NCBI RefSeq assembly: GCF_013315695.1
Contig: NZ_CP054353.1
DNA: 64,000 nucleotides
DNA from: Escherichia coli
GTDB lineage: Bacteria > Pseudomonadota > Gammaproteobacteria > Enterobacterales > Enterobacteriaceae
Strand: one strand, 5' to 3'
The notes below the pieces were generated by a model that saw only the letters and a list, made by a program, of their open reading frames with translations, was not told the DNA's origin and searched no databases. A program made the position numbers and the translations under genes. How positions within the stretch are numbered: position 1 is the stretch's first letter; every line of letters begins with the position of its first letter. Shown here piece by piece: positions 43,606-55,161 of this stretch.

Positions 43606-45132
43606 ATGAGTATGTCATCCATACCGTCGTCCTCCCAATCCGGGAAGCTCTATGGCTGGGTCGAAAGAATTGGTAACAAGGTTCCCCATCCTTTTTTGCT
43701 CTTTATCTATTTGATTATCGTACTCATGGTGACGACGGCAATTTTGTCGGCCTTTGGCGTCAGTGCGAAAAACCCGACCGATGGTACGCCGGTGGTGGTG
43801 AAAAACCTGCTCAGTGTGGAAGGATTACACTGGTTTTTACCCAATGTTATTAAAAACTTTAGCGGTTTTGCTCCACTTGGCGCGATCCTGGCGCTGGTTT
43901 TAGGTGCCTGTCTGGCGGAGCGCGTCGGCTTACTGCCAGCGTTGATGGTTAAAATGGCATCGCATGTGAATGCCCGCTACGCCAGTTATATGGTGCTGTT
44001 TATTGCTTTTTTCAGCCACATTTCTTCCGATGCGGCGTTAGTGATCATGCCACCGATGGGTGCGCTAATTTTTCTGGCGGTGGGCAGGCATCCAGTTGCA
44101 GGTTTACTGGCTGCCATTGCAGGCGTAGGTTGCGGTTTTACGGCTAATTTACTGATTGTCACAACCGACGTGTTGCTGTCGGGGATCAGCACGGAGGCTG
44201 CGGCTGCGTTCAATCCGCAAATGCACGTCAGTGTAATTGATAACTGGTATTTTATGGCCAGCTCCGTAGTCGTACTGACGATTGTTGGCGGCCTGATAAC
44301 CGACAAAATCATTGAGCCACGTTTAGGTCAATGGCAGGGAAACAGCGATGAGAAACTGCAGACATTGACCGAAAGTCAGCGTTTTGGTTTACGCATAGCA
44401 GGTGTCGTATCGCTACTTTTTATTGCTGCGATTGCGCTGATGGTGATCCCGGAAAACGGGATATTGCGCGATCCGATTAATCACACCGTGATGCCATCAC
44501 CCTTTATTAAAGGTATCGTGCCACTGATCATTCTTTTTTTCTTTGTGGTCTCGCTGGCTTATGGCATCGCTACCCGCACAATTCGACGTCAGGCGGATTT
44601 ACCGCATTTAATGATTGAACCGATGAAAGAGATGGCGGGATTTATCGTGATGGTTTTTCCCCTCGCCCAGTTTGTCGCCATGTTTAACTGGAGCAACATG
44701 GGGAAATTCATCGCCGTGGGGCTGACCGATATACTGGAAAGTTCAGGGCTTAGCGGCATCCCGGCGTTTGTCGGTCTGGCGTTGCTTTCCTCTTTCTTAT
44801 GCATGTTTATCGCCAGCGGTTCCGCAATCTGGTCGATTCTGGCCCCCATTTTCGTACCAATGTTTATGCTACTTGGCTTTCACCCGGCATTTGCGCAAAT
44901 CCTCTTTCGTATTGCCGACTCATCCGTATTGCCTTTAGCACCAGTATCTCCTTTTGTTCCACTGTTTCTTGGATTCCTGCAACGCTACAAACCAGACGCG
45001 AAACTGGGTACTTACTATTCGTTAGTTTTGCCCTATCCACTTATCTTTTTGGTGGTATGGCTGCTGATGTTGCTGGCGTGGTATCTTGTCGGTCTGCCGA
45101 TAGGTCCGGGGATTTACCCACGTTTGTCTTAA
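43606..45132 (+). CDS. abgT: p-Aminobenzoyl-glutamate transporter
   Basis: ORF track 43600..45132; [30 protein letters not shown]...; polytopic AbgT-family membrane protein. Confidence 0.9.
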   Translation: MSMSSIPSSSQSGKLYGWVERIGNKVPHPFLLFIYLIIVLMVTTAILSAFGVSAKNPTDGTPVVVKNLLSVEGLHWFLPNVIKNFSGFAPLGAILALVLGACLAERVGLLPALMVKMASHVNARYASYMVLFIAFFSHISSDAALVIMPPMGALIFLAVGRHPVAGLLAAIAGVGCGFTANLLIVTTDVLLSGISTEAAAAFNPQMHVSVIDNWYFMASSVVVLTIVGGLITDKIIEPRLGQWQGNSDEKLQTLTESQRFGLRIAGVVSLLFIAAIALMVIPENGILRDPINHTVMPSPFIKGIVPLIILFFFVVSLAYGIATRTIRRQADLPHLMIEPMKEMAGFIVMVFPLAQFVAMFNWSNMGKFIAVGLTDILESSGLSGIPAFVGLALLSSFLCMFIASGSAIWSILAPIFVPMFMLLGFHPAFAQILFRIADSSVLPLAPVSPFVPLFLGFLQRYKPDAKLGTYYSLVLPYPLIFLVVWLLMLLAWYLVGLPIGPGIYPRLS

Positions 45133-45142
45133 GAGAGAACGG

Positions 45143-45658
45143 ATGCTGAGATTACTTGAAGAAAAAATTGTCACGCCACTGGGTCCACTGTGGGTGATTT
45201 GCGATGAGCAATTTCGCCTGCGGGCGGTTGAATGGGAAGAGTACAGCGAACGCATGGTGCAGCTGCTGGACATCCATTACCGCAAAGAAGGCTATGAACG
45301 CATTTCTGCCACCAACCCAGGTGGTTTAAGTGACAAGCTTCGTGAATATTTTGCCGGTAATCTTAGCATTATTGATACGCTTCCCACTGCCACGGGGGGG
45401 ACGCCATTTCAGCGCGAAGTCTGGAAAACACTACGTACTATCCCCTGCGGGCAGGTAATGCATTACGGCCAACTGGCTGAACAATTGGGCCGCCCCGGTG
45501 CGGCGCGTGCCGTAGGTGCGGCAAATGGATCGAATCCCATCAGCATTGTTGTGCCTTGTCATCGGGTCATTGGCAGAAACGGTACCATGACCGGATATGC
45601 AGGCGGAGTTCAGCGAAAAGAGTGGTTATTACGCCACGAAGGTTATCTTTTGCTGTAA
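45143..45658 (+). CDS. ogt: O6-alkylguanine-DNA alkyltransferase
   Basis: 171-aa ORF with active-site PCHRV motif. Confidence 0.95.
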   Translation: MLRLLEEKIVTPLGPLWVICDEQFRLRAVEWEEYSERMVQLLDIHYRKEGYERISATNPGGLSDKLREYFAGNLSIIDTLPTATGGTPFQREVWKTLRTIPCGQVMHYGQLAEQLGRPGAARAVGAANGSNPISIVVPCHRVIGRNGTMTGYAGGVQRKEWLLRHEGYLLL

Positions 45659-45819
45659 ACATTAAACAATTTGTGCCAGCTTGTTCACACTTTTATGTAA
45701 AGTCACCCTTAACAACTTAAGGGTTTTCAAATAGATAGACATATATTTACATCTAATATCGGAATTCTCTGCTGTTAAGGTTTGCTTAGACTTACTTGCT
45801 CCCTAAAAAGATGTTAAAA

Positions 45820-45833
45820 TTGACAAATATCAA
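45820..45833. promoter_or_regulatory. FNR autoregulatory site in the fnr promoter
   Basis: ttgacaaatatcaa (TTGAT-N4-ATCAA), 20 bp upstream of the fnr ATG. Confidence 0.6.
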
Positions 45834-45852
45834 TTACGGCTTGAGCAGACCT

Positions 45853-46605
45853 ATGATCCCGGAAAAGCGAATTATACGGCGCATTCAGTCTGGCGGTTGT
45901 GCTATCCATTGCCAGGATTGCAGCATCAGCCAGCTTTGCATCCCGTTCACACTCAACGAACATGAGCTTGATCAGCTTGATAATATCATTGAGCGGAAGA
46001 AGCCTATTCAGAAAGGCCAGACGCTGTTTAAGGCTGGTGATGAACTAAAATCGCTTTATGCCATCCGCTCCGGTACGATTAAAAGTTATACCATTACTGA
46101 GCAAGGCGACGAGCAAATCACTGGTTTCCATTTAGCTGGTGACCTGGTGGGATTTGATGCAATCGGCAGCGGTCATCACCCGAGCTTCGCGCAGGCGCTG
46201 GAAACCTCGATGGTATGTGAAATCCCGTTCGAAACGCTGGACGATTTGTCCGGTAAAATGCCGAATCTGCGTCAGCAGATGATGCGTCTGATGAGCGGTG
46301 AAATCAAAGGCGATCAGGACATGATCCTGCTGTTGTCGAAGAAAAATGCCGAGGAACGTCTGGCTGCATTCATCTACAACCTGTCCCGTCGTTTTGCCCA
46401 ACGCGGCTTCTCCCCTCGTGAATTCCGCCTGACGATGACTCGTGGCGATATCGGTAACTATCTGGGCCTGACGGTAGAAACCATCAGCCGTCTGCTGGGT
46501 CGCTTCCAGAAAAGCGGTATGCTAGCAGTCAAAGGTAAATACATCACCATCGAAAATAACGATGCGCTGGCCCAGCTTGCTGGTCACACGCGTAACGTTG
46601 CCTGA
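45853..46605 (+). CDS. fnr: Anaerobic global regulator FNR
   Basis: ORF track 45796..46605; ATG at 45853 gives [32 protein letters not shown]... (250 aa) with the Cys cluster and C-terminal helix-turn-helix. Confidence 0.97.
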
Positions 46606-46625
46606 TTCTTCCGCATAACTCACTA

Positions 46626-46674
46626 TCCTTCTGTCATATCATTAAATTTTTCTGATTTATTGATCTGACAGAAG
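46626..46674. repeat. Perfect 10-bp inverted repeat with a 29-bp AT-rich spacer downstream of fnr
   Basis: ccttctgtca (46626-46635) ... tgacagaagg (46665-46674). Confidence 0.4.
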
Positions 46675-46756
46675 GTTCATCACTGTTTCATTCACCAGAT
46701 ATGGGTTAATCTTTTAATTACAAACTGCGTTGACAGTTGTTGTAAGGAGACCCTGT

Positions 46757-47707
46757 ATGGCTATGTATCAGAACATGCTCGTTGTTATCGATCCTAACCA
46801 GGACGACCAACCAGCATTGCGGCGAGCTGTTTATTTACATCAACGGATTGGTGGCAAAATTAAAGCCTTTTTGCCGATCTATGACTTCTCATACGAAATG
46901 ACCACCCTGCTCTCTCCGGACGAACGTACCGCTATGCGTCAGGGCGTCATCAGCCAGCGTACAGCCTGGATCCACGAGCAGGCAAAATATTATCTCAATG
47001 CTGGCGTTCCCATTGAAATTAAAGTGGTCTGGCATAACCGTCCTTTCGAAGCCATCATTCAGGAAGTGATCAGCGGCGGGCACGATTTGGTGCTAAAAAT
47101 GGCGCACCAACATGACCGTCTGGAAGCGGTGATTTTTACGCCAACGGACTGGCATCTGTTACGCAAATGCCCAAGCCCCGTGTGGATGGTGAAAGACCAG
47201 CCGTGGCCGGAAGGGGGTAAGGCGCTGGTGGCGGTGAATCTCGCCAGTGAAGAGCCGTACCATAATGCGCTCAATGAAAAACTGGTCAAAGAGACGATCG
47301 AACTGGCGGAACAAGTCAACCATACCGAAGTTCATCTGGTTGGCGCTTATCCGGTAACGCCAATTAATATCGCGATTGAACTGCCGGAATTTGATCCGAG
47401 CGTTTATAACGATGCCATTCGTGGGCAACATTTGCTGGCAATGAAAGCCCTGCGGCAGAAATTCGGCATTAATGAAAACATGACGCACGTAGAAAAAGGT
47501 CTGCCAGAAGAGGTGATTCCTGATTTGGCGGAGCACTTACAGGCGGGGATTGTGGTTCTGGGCACGGTCGGACGTACCGGTATTTCAGCAGCATTCCTCG
47601 GCAACACGGCGGAACAGGTGATTGATCATCTTCGCTGCGACCTGCTGGTCATTAAACCTGACCAGTATCAAACACCCGTTGAACTGGATGACGAAGAAGA
47701 CGATTAA
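46757..47707 (+). CDS. uspE: Universal stress protein E (tandem Usp domains)
   Basis: ORF track 46730..47707; ATG at 46757 (GGAGA upstream) gives [25 protein letters not shown]... (316 aa). Confidence 0.9.
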   Translation: MAMYQNMLVVIDPNQDDQPALRRAVYLHQRIGGKIKAFLPIYDFSYEMTTLLSPDERTAMRQGVISQRTAWIHEQAKYYLNAGVPIEIKVVWHNRPFEAIIQEVISGGHDLVLKMAHQHDRLEAVIFTPTDWHLLRKCPSPVWMVKDQPWPEGGKALVAVNLASEEPYHNALNEKLVKETIELAEQVNHTEVHLVGAYPVTPINIAIELPEFDPSVYNDAIRGQHLLAMKALRQKFGINENMTHVEKGLPEEVIPDLAEHLQAGIVVLGTVGRTGISAAFLGNTAEQVIDHLRCDLLVIKPDQYQTPVELDDEEDD

Positions 47708-47727
47708 CGACTCTTCAATAACTGACA

Positions 47728-47756
47728 AGGCCCGAGTTATCGGGCCTATTTTTTAC
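47728..47756 (+). terminator. Rho-independent terminator after uspE
   Basis: Stem aggcccg / cgggcct with 6-nt loop followed by ATTTTTT; abuts the ynaJ stop. Confidence 0.6.
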
Positions 47757-48014
47757 TTACTGCTCTTCGCCGCCAAGAAAATAAATTCCCAACGGTATTG
47801 CCAGCAACACAGTAAAGACCAGGCTATAAACAAAAATCATCGATGACTGAATCACATACATTGATGTCGTCCACTCAGACAGCGGAATATTGTACTGTTC
47901 TATAACGCCGCCGATGGTCGCGCGAGTCACAACCGACGCCGCAATAATGAAAACCGCCAACAAACCAAAGAGAAATTTCTTCCCTTTCGCTGACTTCAGT
48001 TTCGCCATAATCAT
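47757..48014 (-). CDS. ynaJ: Small inner-membrane protein YnaJ
   Basis: 85-aa ORF MIMAKLKSAKGKKFLFGLLAVFIIAASVV... with two TM helices. Confidence 0.85.
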   Translation of the reverse strand: MIMAKLKSAKGKKFLFGLLAVFIIAASVVTRATIGGVIEQYNIPLSEWTTSMYVIQSSMIFVYSLVFTVLLAIPLGIYFLGGEEQ

Positions 48015-48257
48015 GATGTAATCCTTGTGCAGACAAATTTCTTGTTACCTAAACGTAACAATACCATGACATTTCACTCTTGTCTGCTCTGAAAACCTCA
48101 CCTCTTAGCTGGATTTACAATCAATGCATTGATTTGTTAGCTAATGTTGCTACTTACTTCCCTGACTATTGATGATCTGAATGAATTGTCGCGGTAAAAT
48201 AGCCCCGCCAGGGGTTTCCGGCATGACGACAATTATCTGGAGGAGCCTGATAAAACA

Positions 48258-49289
48258 ATGATCGCTGAACTGTTTACAAATAATGCGCTTAATCTGGTCA
48301 TTATTTTCGGTAGCTGCGCAGCATTGATTCTGATGAGCTTTTGGTTTCGCCGTGGAAATCGTAAAAGAAAAGGATTTTTATTCCATGCGGTGCAATTTTT
48401 AATCTACACCATAATTATTAGTGCTGTTGGTAGCATCATTAACTATGTTATAGAAAACTATAAACTCAAATTTATCACCCCAGGCGTTATCGATTTTATC
48501 TGTACGTCCCTGATTGCGGTTATTCTGACGATTAAGCTATTTCTGCTGATTAATCAGTTTGAAAAACAGCAGATTAAAAAAGGTCGCGATATCACCAGTG
48601 CGCGGATCATGTCGCGCATTATCAAAATCACCATTATTGTGGTGCTTGTTCTGCTTTATGGCGAACATTTCGGCATGAGCCTTTCTGGCTTGTTGACCTT
48701 TGGTGGTATTGGTGGTCTGGCTGTCGGTATGGCCGGTAAAGATATTCTGAGTAACTTCTTTTCCGGGATTATGCTCTATTTCGACCGTCCTTTCAGTATT
48801 GGCGACTGGATCCGTTCACCGGACAGAAATATCGAAGGTACAGTAGCGGAAATTGGCTGGCGAATTACCAAAATTAAGACCTTTGATAATCGTCCATTGT
48901 ACGTACCGAACTCGCTGTTTTCGTCGATCAGCGTAGAAAATCCTGGACGAATGACCAACCGGCGCATTACCACGACCATTGGTTTACGTTATGAGGATGC
49001 GGCAAAAGTGGGCGTTATTGTCGAAGCCGTACGTGAGATGCTGAAAAATCACCCGGCCATCGACCAGCGACAAACCTTACTGGTTTATTTCAACCAGTTT
49101 GCTGATTCGTCATTAAATATTATGGTTTATTGCTTTACCAAAACCACGGTATGGGCTGAATGGCTTGCTGCACAGCAAGACGTTTATTTGAAGATTATCG
49201 ATATTGTACAGTCACACGGCGCGGACTTTGCCTTCCCCAGCCAGACGCTGTATATGGATAACATTACACCGCCGGACCAGGGTCGCTAA
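48258..49289 (+). CDS. ynaI: MscS-family mechanosensitive channel YnaI
   Basis: 343-aa ORF with N-terminal TM helices and the MscS beta-domain. Confidence 0.9.
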   Translation: MIAELFTNNALNLVIIFGSCAALILMSFWFRRGNRKRKGFLFHAVQFLIYTIIISAVGSIINYVIENYKLKFITPGVIDFICTSLIAVILTIKLFLLINQFEKQQIKKGRDITSARIMSRIIKITIIVVLVLLYGEHFGMSLSGLLTFGGIGGLAVGMAGKDILSNFFSGIMLYFDRPFSIGDWIRSPDRNIEGTVAEIGWRITKIKTFDNRPLYVPNSLFSSISVENPGRMTNRRITTTIGLRYEDAAKVGVIVEAVREMLKNHPAIDQRQTLLVYFNQFADSSLNIMVYCFTKTTVWAEWLAAQQDVYLKIIDIVQSHGADFAFPSQTLYMDNITPPDQGR

Positions 49290-49339
49290 ATCAGACATCA
49301 CTGGCGTTATCCACAAGGGTAACGCCAGTTCCCATCACA

Positions 49340-50953
49340 TCAATGCTTCACAATATACATAGTCCGACTGTACGCCACATCTTCAGGGTTATTAATGGGA
49401 TAACCTTTCAGCCACGGCTTGATTAATCGTCCATTGGTATATTGATAAATTGGTGCAATCGGTGCTTGCTCCATGAGGATTTTTTCTGCCGCGTTGTAAT
49501 CGGCATTACGCGCTTTAACGGTATTTTCCATCGATGCCTGGGCCAGAACTTTGTCATATGCCGGATTGTTAAAGCGTGAAATATTCCCGGAATGCGTTGA
49601 CGTTAATAATGTCAGGAAAGTGGAGGGTTCATTATAATCCCCTACCCACGAGGCTCGGATAACATCAAAATTGCCGGTGTTACGGCTATCGATATAGGTT
49701 TTCCATTCCTGATTTTGCAATTTAACATCTACGCCAAGGTTCTTTTTCCACATTGATGCTACAGCAATCGCAATTTTTTGATGGTTTTCTGAAGTGTTAT
49801 ACAAAAGCGTCAGCTTCAGCGGTTTTTGCGGACCATAACCAGCTGCGCTCAACAAAGTTTTTGCCTGCGCATTCAGTTCTTCCTGACTCATTTGTTCAAA
49901 CGGCGAAGGTTCCGGCGTAAATCCCGCGGTAACATCTGGTGTAAAATGCCACGCTGGCTTTTCGCCCGTCCCCAACACTTTTTCGGTCATCAGGCGGCGA
50001 TCTATCGTCATACTTAATGCCAGACGAACGCGCTGATCTGCCGTCGGCCCTTTTTGCGTGTTAAACGCATAATAATAGGTCCCGAGCTGCGGCGGCGTAT
50101 AAACCTGCCCCGGAATATCCTTCAACAGCTTCTGATACATATTTTTCGGGAAGGATTCGGTGATATCAATATCCCCCGCGAGGTAACGCTTAGTGGCTGC
50201 GGATTCCTGATTAATTGGCAGGAAGGTCACTTTTTGCAGTACCGTTTTGGCGTTATCCCAATAATGGGTATTCGGCACCACGACCAGTTTTTCATTGACT
50301 ACGCGCTCTTTAAGAACATAAGCGCCATTGCCGATCAGATTTCCGGGTTTCGTCCACTCTTTACTGCTTTCTACGTTGGCTTTTTGCACCGGGAAGAAGG
50401 CAAAGTTAGCGGTTAAATTCACAAACCACGGCAACGGTTTATCAAGCTGGATTTTCAAAGTATGGGCATCAACTGCGGTGACGCCAAGCTGGTCAGGCGC
50501 GGCTTTACCATCAATAATCGCCTGTGCGTTGTTGATTCCCGCCAGCGCGGCAAACCATGCAAATGGCGATAGCGTTTTCGGGTCCACCAGACGTTGCCAG
50601 CTGTAGACAAAATCTTGCGCCGTTACCGGTGTGCCATCCGCCCATTTTGCGTTATCGCGCAGGGTAAAAGTCCAGATACGGTTGTCATTACTTTTCCACT
50701 GAGTCGCAACGCCGGGGACAATCTCCCCTTTCTCGTTCTGATTCACCAGTCCTTCAAACAGATCGCGAATGACCTGAATCTCTGGCAGACCCACGGCTTT
50801 AGCGGGATCCAGCGACGCTGGCTCATCTTTAATGTGGCGCACCAGCTCCTGCTTCTCTGCCAGTACTGTGCCGCTCGGAACTTCAGCAGCATACGAAAGA
50901 GAAATGCTGCTGACCAACAGCGCACAACACGTGACTGAAACAGAGTGCTTCAT
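49340..50953 (-). CDS. mppA: Murein tripeptide ABC-transporter periplasmic binding protein
   Basis: ORF track 49340..50974; ATG at 50951-50953 gives MKHSVSVTCCALLVSSISLSYA... (537 aa), OppA-like. Confidence 0.9.
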   Translation of the reverse strand: MKHSVSVTCCALLVSSISLSYAAEVPSGTVLAEKQELVRHIKDEPASLDPAKAVGLPEIQVIRDLFEGLVNQNEKGEIVPGVATQWKSNDNRIWTFTLRDNAKWADGTPVTAQDFVYSWQRLVDPKTLSPFAWFAALAGINNAQAIIDGKAAPDQLGVTAVDAHTLKIQLDKPLPWFVNLTANFAFFPVQKANVESSKEWTKPGNLIGNGAYVLKERVVNEKLVVVPNTHYWDNAKTVLQKVTFLPINQESAATKRYLAGDIDITESFPKNMYQKLLKDIPGQVYTPPQLGTYYYAFNTQKGPTADQRVRLALSMTIDRRLMTEKVLGTGEKPAWHFTPDVTAGFTPEPSPFEQMSQEELNAQAKTLLSAAGYGPQKPLKLTLLYNTSENHQKIAIAVASMWKKNLGVDVKLQNQEWKTYIDSRNTGNFDVIRASWVGDYNEPSTFLTLLTSTHSGNISRFNNPAYDKVLAQASMENTVKARNADYNAAEKILMEQAPIAPIYQYTNGRLIKPWLKGYPINNPEDVAYSRTMYIVKH

Positions 50954-51135
50954 AAGTTTCCCTCTAACCGACATTAAAATTGATGCGTAATTATTTGTTT
51001 CGCCTTAAAGAAATGCAAACAACTTCCATCAAAAAAGTGATACAAGATCGATAACATAGCGTTGAAGAAAAGGATTTGATAATCCGCAAAATTTGCACAA
51101 CACTGCCTGTAATACTTCCTGAACCAGAGACGATC

Positions 51136-51864
51136 ATGACCGTAACTCGCCCACGCGCCGAACGCGGCGCATTTCCGCCCGGTACAGAACATTACGGACG
51201 TTCATTATTGGGCGCGCCGTTAATCTGGTTTCCGGCCCCTGCAGCCAGTCACGAAAGTGGTTTGATTCTGGCTGGCACTCACGGTGATGAAAACTCTTCG
51301 ATCGTCACGCTCTCCTGTGCTCTGCGGACTTTGACACCGTCTTTGCGCCGCCATCATGTGGTGCTGTGTGTGAATCCTGACGGCTGCCAGTTAGGGTTAC
51401 GGGCCAATGCTAATGGTGTGGATTTAAACCGAAACTTTCCGGCAGCGAACTGGAAGGAAGGTGAAACAGTTTATCGCTGGAACAGCGCCGCTGAAGAACG
51501 TGATGTCGTTTTACTGACAGGTGGCAAACCTGGCTCCGAACCTGAAACCCAGGCGCTGTGCCAACTTATACACCGCATTCAACCTGCCTGGGTGGTCTCA
51601 TTCCACGATCCGCTGGCCTGTATTGAAGATCCCAGACACAGCGAATTAGGTGAATGGCTGGCCCAGGCGTTTGAATTGCCTCTGGTAACCAGCGTCGGTT
51701 ATGAAACACCTGGCTCTTTCGGCAGTTGGTGTGCAGATCTCAACTTGCATTGCATCACCGCAGAGTTTCCACCCATCTCCTCCGACGAAGCCAGCGAAAA
51801 ATATCTCTTTGCGATGGCAAACTTGCTGCGCTGGCATCCTAAAGATGCAATTCGCCCGTCGTGA
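51136..51864 (+). CDS. mpaA: Murein peptide amidase A (gamma-D-Glu-Dap amidase, M14 family)
   Basis: ORF track 51076..51864; ATG at 51136 gives MTVTRPRAERGAFPPGTEHYGRSLLG... (242 aa) with zinc-ligand HGDE motif. Confidence 0.9.
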   Translation: MTVTRPRAERGAFPPGTEHYGRSLLGAPLIWFPAPAASHESGLILAGTHGDENSSIVTLSCALRTLTPSLRRHHVVLCVNPDGCQLGLRANANGVDLNRNFPAANWKEGETVYRWNSAAEERDVVLLTGGKPGSEPETQALCQLIHRIQPAWVVSFHDPLACIEDPRHSELGEWLAQAFELPLVTSVGYETPGSFGSWCADLNLHCITAEFPPISSDEASEKYLFAMANLLRWHPKDAIRPS

Positions 51865-52804
51865 ACTGAAGCGCCGGTTCCACATCTACCGCCAGCCAGG
51901 TCGGTCCGTCAAGATCGGCGAAACTGACCTGCGGCACCAGCGGTAAAGCGGCGCTAATGGCACGAGAGGTACACAACATGCAGCCCAGCATCAGACGAAA
52001 ACCTTGTGCACGCGCTTCAGTCGCCAGCGCCAGCGCTTCCGTCAGACCACCGGTTTTATCAAGCTTAATGTTAACCATCTCATAGCGCCCTTTCAGCGCC
52101 TTCAGATTGCTACGAGTATGACAACTTTCATCAGCACAAATCGGTAACGGATGAATAAAATTCTCCAGCGCCGCATCGTCCTGCGCAGAAAGCGGTTGTT
52201 CAAGCATCGCAACGCCTAAATCTGCCAATAGCTGGCAACGCGCCGCCAACCCTTCTGCACGCCAGGATTCATTTGCATCAACGATCAGCGTCGCATCGGG
52301 CACAGCGGTGCGAATTGCCACCATCCGCTCACTGATAAGATGGTTATCCAGCTTCACTTTCAGTAATTTCGCGCCTGCCTGCCAGAGTGTTGATGCACTA
52401 TTGGCCATCTGATCAGGCGTACCGATGACTATCGTCTGTGCCGTGGTGACTGTCTCGGGAAGCGTTATGCCGATCAAAGCAGCCAGCGATTGCTGCTGTT
52501 TTCGCGCCGCCAGATCCCACAATGCACAATCCAGCGCATTACGTGCTGCGCCGGCAGGGAGGATTTTTTGCAACTCCTCCCGTGTCAGCCCTTTCTCTAA
52601 TTGCGGCACGACGCTCATAATTTGCGCCATTACCGAGGCATCACTTTCTCCATAACGCGGATACGGCGTGCATTCACCGGTGCCTTTAATACCTTCTTCT
52701 TCCAGTTCAACCACCACCACGCGCGCTTCACTGCGACTTCCCCGAGCAATCACAAACGGGGTATGTAAGGGCCAGGCCTCCTCAAATACCTTAACGGTTC
52801 TCAT
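51839..52804 (-). CDS. ycjG: L-Ala-D/L-Glu epimerase (enolase superfamily)
   Basis: ORF track 51839..52846; ATG at 52802-52804 gives MRTVKVFEEAWPLHTPFVIARGSR... (321 aa); 26-nt convergent overlap with mpaA. Confidence 0.9.
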   Translation of the reverse strand: MRTVKVFEEAWPLHTPFVIARGSRSEARVVVVELEEEGIKGTGECTPYPRYGESDASVMAQIMSVVPQLEKGLTREELQKILPAGAARNALDCALWDLAARKQQQSLAALIGITLPETVTTAQTIVIGTPDQMANSASTLWQAGAKLLKVKLDNHLISERMVAIRTAVPDATLIVDANESWRAEGLAARCQLLADLGVAMLEQPLSAQDDAALENFIHPLPICADESCHTRSNLKALKGRYEMVNIKLDKTGGLTEALALATEARAQGFRLMLGCMLCTSRAISAALPLVPQVSFADLDGPTWLAVDVEPALQFTTGELHL

Positions 52805-52922
52805 CTTTACTCCTTGTTGTCGCGGTGGTCTGCGGATTAAGCGCAAATAGCGTTTGCTGTGTTATTGACAGTTAGCATAAACTAGGTGTGACGTTAACTA
52901 TATGTAAACAGGAAAGATAATC

Positions 52923-53429
52923 ATGTCACAAACCGTTCATTTCCAGGGCAACCCGGTTACAGTCGCCAATTCCATCCCGCAGGCGGGTAGCAAAGCGCAG
53001 ACTTTTACTCTCGTGGCAAAAGATCTGTCTGACGTCACCCTCGGTCAGTTTGCGGGTAAACGCAAAGTGCTGAACATTTTCCCGAGTATTGATACCGGTG
53101 TTTGCGCCGCATCAGTACGTAAGTTTAACCAACTGGCAACCGAGATCGACAACACCGTTGTGCTGTGTATCTCTGCCGATCTGCCGTTCGCCCAGTCTCG
53201 TTTCTGCGGCGCAGAAGGTCTGAACAACGTTATCACCCTCTCCACTTTCCGTAACGCTGAATTCCTGCAAGCCTACGGTGTGGCAATTGCTGATGGCCCA
53301 CTGAAAGGTCTGGCAGCGCGTGCCGTTGTGGTTATTGATGAAAATGACAATGTGATTTTCAGCCAGCTGGTGGATGAAATCACCACCGAGCCGGATTACG
53401 AAGCAGCTCTGGCTGTACTGAAAGCATAA
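52923..53429 (+). CDS. tpx: Thiol peroxidase (atypical 2-Cys peroxiredoxin)
   Basis: 168-aa [22 protein letters not shown]... with peroxidatic Cys in IDTGVC. Confidence 0.97.
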   Translation: MSQTVHFQGNPVTVANSIPQAGSKAQTFTLVAKDLSDVTLGQFAGKRKVLNIFPSIDTGVCAASVRKFNQLATEIDNTVVLCISADLPFAQSRFCGAEGLNNVITLSTFRNAEFLQAYGVAIADGPLKGLAARAVVVIDENDNVIFSQLVDEITTEPDYEAALAVLKA

Positions 53430-53432
53430 GTT

Positions 53433-53468
53433 AATATGCCTGATGGTGTTGCACCATCAGGCATATTC
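53433..53468. terminator. Bidirectional terminator between tpx and tyrR
   Basis: 15-bp perfect stem atatgcctgatggtg / caccatcaggcatat with 3-nt loop. Confidence 0.6.
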
Positions 53469-53472
53469 ACGC

Positions 53473-55014
53473 TTACTCTTCGTTCTTCTTCTGACTCAGA
53501 CCATATTCCCGCAACTTATTGGCAATCGCGGTATGTGAAACGCCGAGACGTTTTGCCAGTTTGCGCGTGCTGGGATAATTGCGATAAAGCTGGGTTAATA
53601 CCGAGCGTTCAAAACGGCTGGTGATTTCGTCCAGCGAACCTTCCATCGCATCTTCGCCCACGGCTACCGTTGCGGCGTCATAATCCGGCAACAAAATATC
53701 CTGTGGACGCAGCTCATAACCGTCCAGTTGTGTCAGTGCACGATAGATAGCGTTCTTTAACTGCCGCACATTTCCCGGCCACGCATAACGCGTAAGTACA
53801 GTATTCAGATCAGCGGCCAGTTTCGGACGCGGCACGCCCTGCTCGTCGGCAAAGCGGGCGACGAACAGCTCGGTTAACGGCATGATGTCCTGCGGACAGT
53901 CACGTAGCGGCGGCAGATTGAGCGTCAACACGTTCAGACGATAATAGAGATCTTCACGGAACACGCCTTTTTGCACCAGTTCGACCAGATTCTTCTGCGT
54001 AGCACAAATCACCCGCACATCGACATGCACCTCATGGTCTTCGCCAACCCGACGGAAGGTGCCATCATTAAGGAAACGCAGTAATTTCGCCTGCATCCGT
54101 GGTGACATTTCCCCTATTTCATCCAACAGCACCGAACCACCGTTCGCCTGCTCAAAGAACCCTTTCTTCCCTTCCGGAGCATGACCAAACAGTTCACTCT
54201 CGACCGCATCTTCCGGTATGGACGCACAGTTCAGCGCCAGGTAAGGTTTGCTCGCTCTGGGGCTTGCCTGATGACAGGCGTAGGCAAAGAGATCTTTTCC
54301 GGTGCCGGTATCACCCGTAATCAGCAGTGGCGCGCTTAGCATCGCCAGTTTCTGCGCCTGTTCGACAACATGCTTCATTTTCGGGCTGACGGCGACAATT
54401 TGACTAAAGGCGCTGACGTCCTGGGCAGCGACATTTTGCAACTGACGGCCCATACGAATCGTTGATCGCAGCATCACCACCGCACCGGTCAGGACGTGTT
54501 GATCATTTTCATCCTGAAGATAAACAGGCGTAATCTCCATCAGGAAATTCTGCCCATTAATAACGACATGCTCGTTATGCGAATCTTGCGGTTCGCTTTC
54601 CAGCCAGCGTAAAAAATTAAAGCCGTTAATCAATTGCGCGGCGGTATGGTTGCGCAGGCGATCCAATTTTTGCCCAAAAAGCTGACAGCTCGCCGGGTTC
54701 GCCATATCCACTTTGCTTTTCATATCGACAGAAAGCACAGGTTCAGGCAACGCCTCCAGTAACGCGCTCAACGCCAGATGCTCACGTTCGGAAGGCATCC
54801 ACGGGACAGTACGCACATCGGTAACACCTGCAATACGGCGTATTTCGGCCATCAGAGTGCTGAAACTCTCAAACTCCAGTTCAGCAAAATTGAGGTAGAT
54901 TCGCCCAATGGGGTCAATCTCAATACCGCGTAAATCAATGCCTCTTAGCACGAGTAGATCGAGTAATTCGCGGGTCAGACCGAGTCGGTCTTCACAAAAG
55001 ACTTCCAGACGCAT
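53473..55014 (-). CDS. tyrR: Aromatic amino-acid regulator TyrR (sigma-54-type AAA+ domain)
   Basis: ORF track 53473..55041; ATG at 55012-55014 gives MRLEVFCEDRLGLTRELLDLLVLRGIDL... (513 aa). Confidence 0.95.
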   Translation of the reverse strand: MRLEVFCEDRLGLTRELLDLLVLRGIDLRGIEIDPIGRIYLNFAELEFESFSTLMAEIRRIAGVTDVRTVPWMPSEREHLALSALLEALPEPVLSVDMKSKVDMANPASCQLFGQKLDRLRNHTAAQLINGFNFLRWLESEPQDSHNEHVVINGQNFLMEITPVYLQDENDQHVLTGAVVMLRSTIRMGRQLQNVAAQDVSAFSQIVAVSPKMKHVVEQAQKLAMLSAPLLITGDTGTGKDLFAYACHQASPRASKPYLALNCASIPEDAVESELFGHAPEGKKGFFEQANGGSVLLDEIGEMSPRMQAKLLRFLNDGTFRRVGEDHEVHVDVRVICATQKNLVELVQKGVFREDLYYRLNVLTLNLPPLRDCPQDIMPLTELFVARFADEQGVPRPKLAADLNTVLTRYAWPGNVRQLKNAIYRALTQLDGYELRPQDILLPDYDAATVAVGEDAMEGSLDEITSRFERSVLTQLYRNYPSTRKLAKRLGVSHTAIANKLREYGLSQKKNEE

Positions 55015-55084
55015 GGGAACCTTCACCTGAAAAAAGAACAATTAATATGATGATATGACACTATTTGGATAGCAGGAAGGTTTC

Positions 55085-55102
55085 TGTCAACAATCATTGA
55101 CA
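55085..55102. promoter_or_regulatory. Candidate TyrR box in the tyrR promoter
   Basis: tgtcaacaatcattgaca resembles TGTAAA-N6-TTTACA, about 70 bp upstream of the tyrR start. Confidence 0.4.
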
Positions 55103-55161
55103 CAAAGACGGAAAAACGGGCACTTCGGCGTAAAGATATCCGGTCAGCACCCGATATTGCA

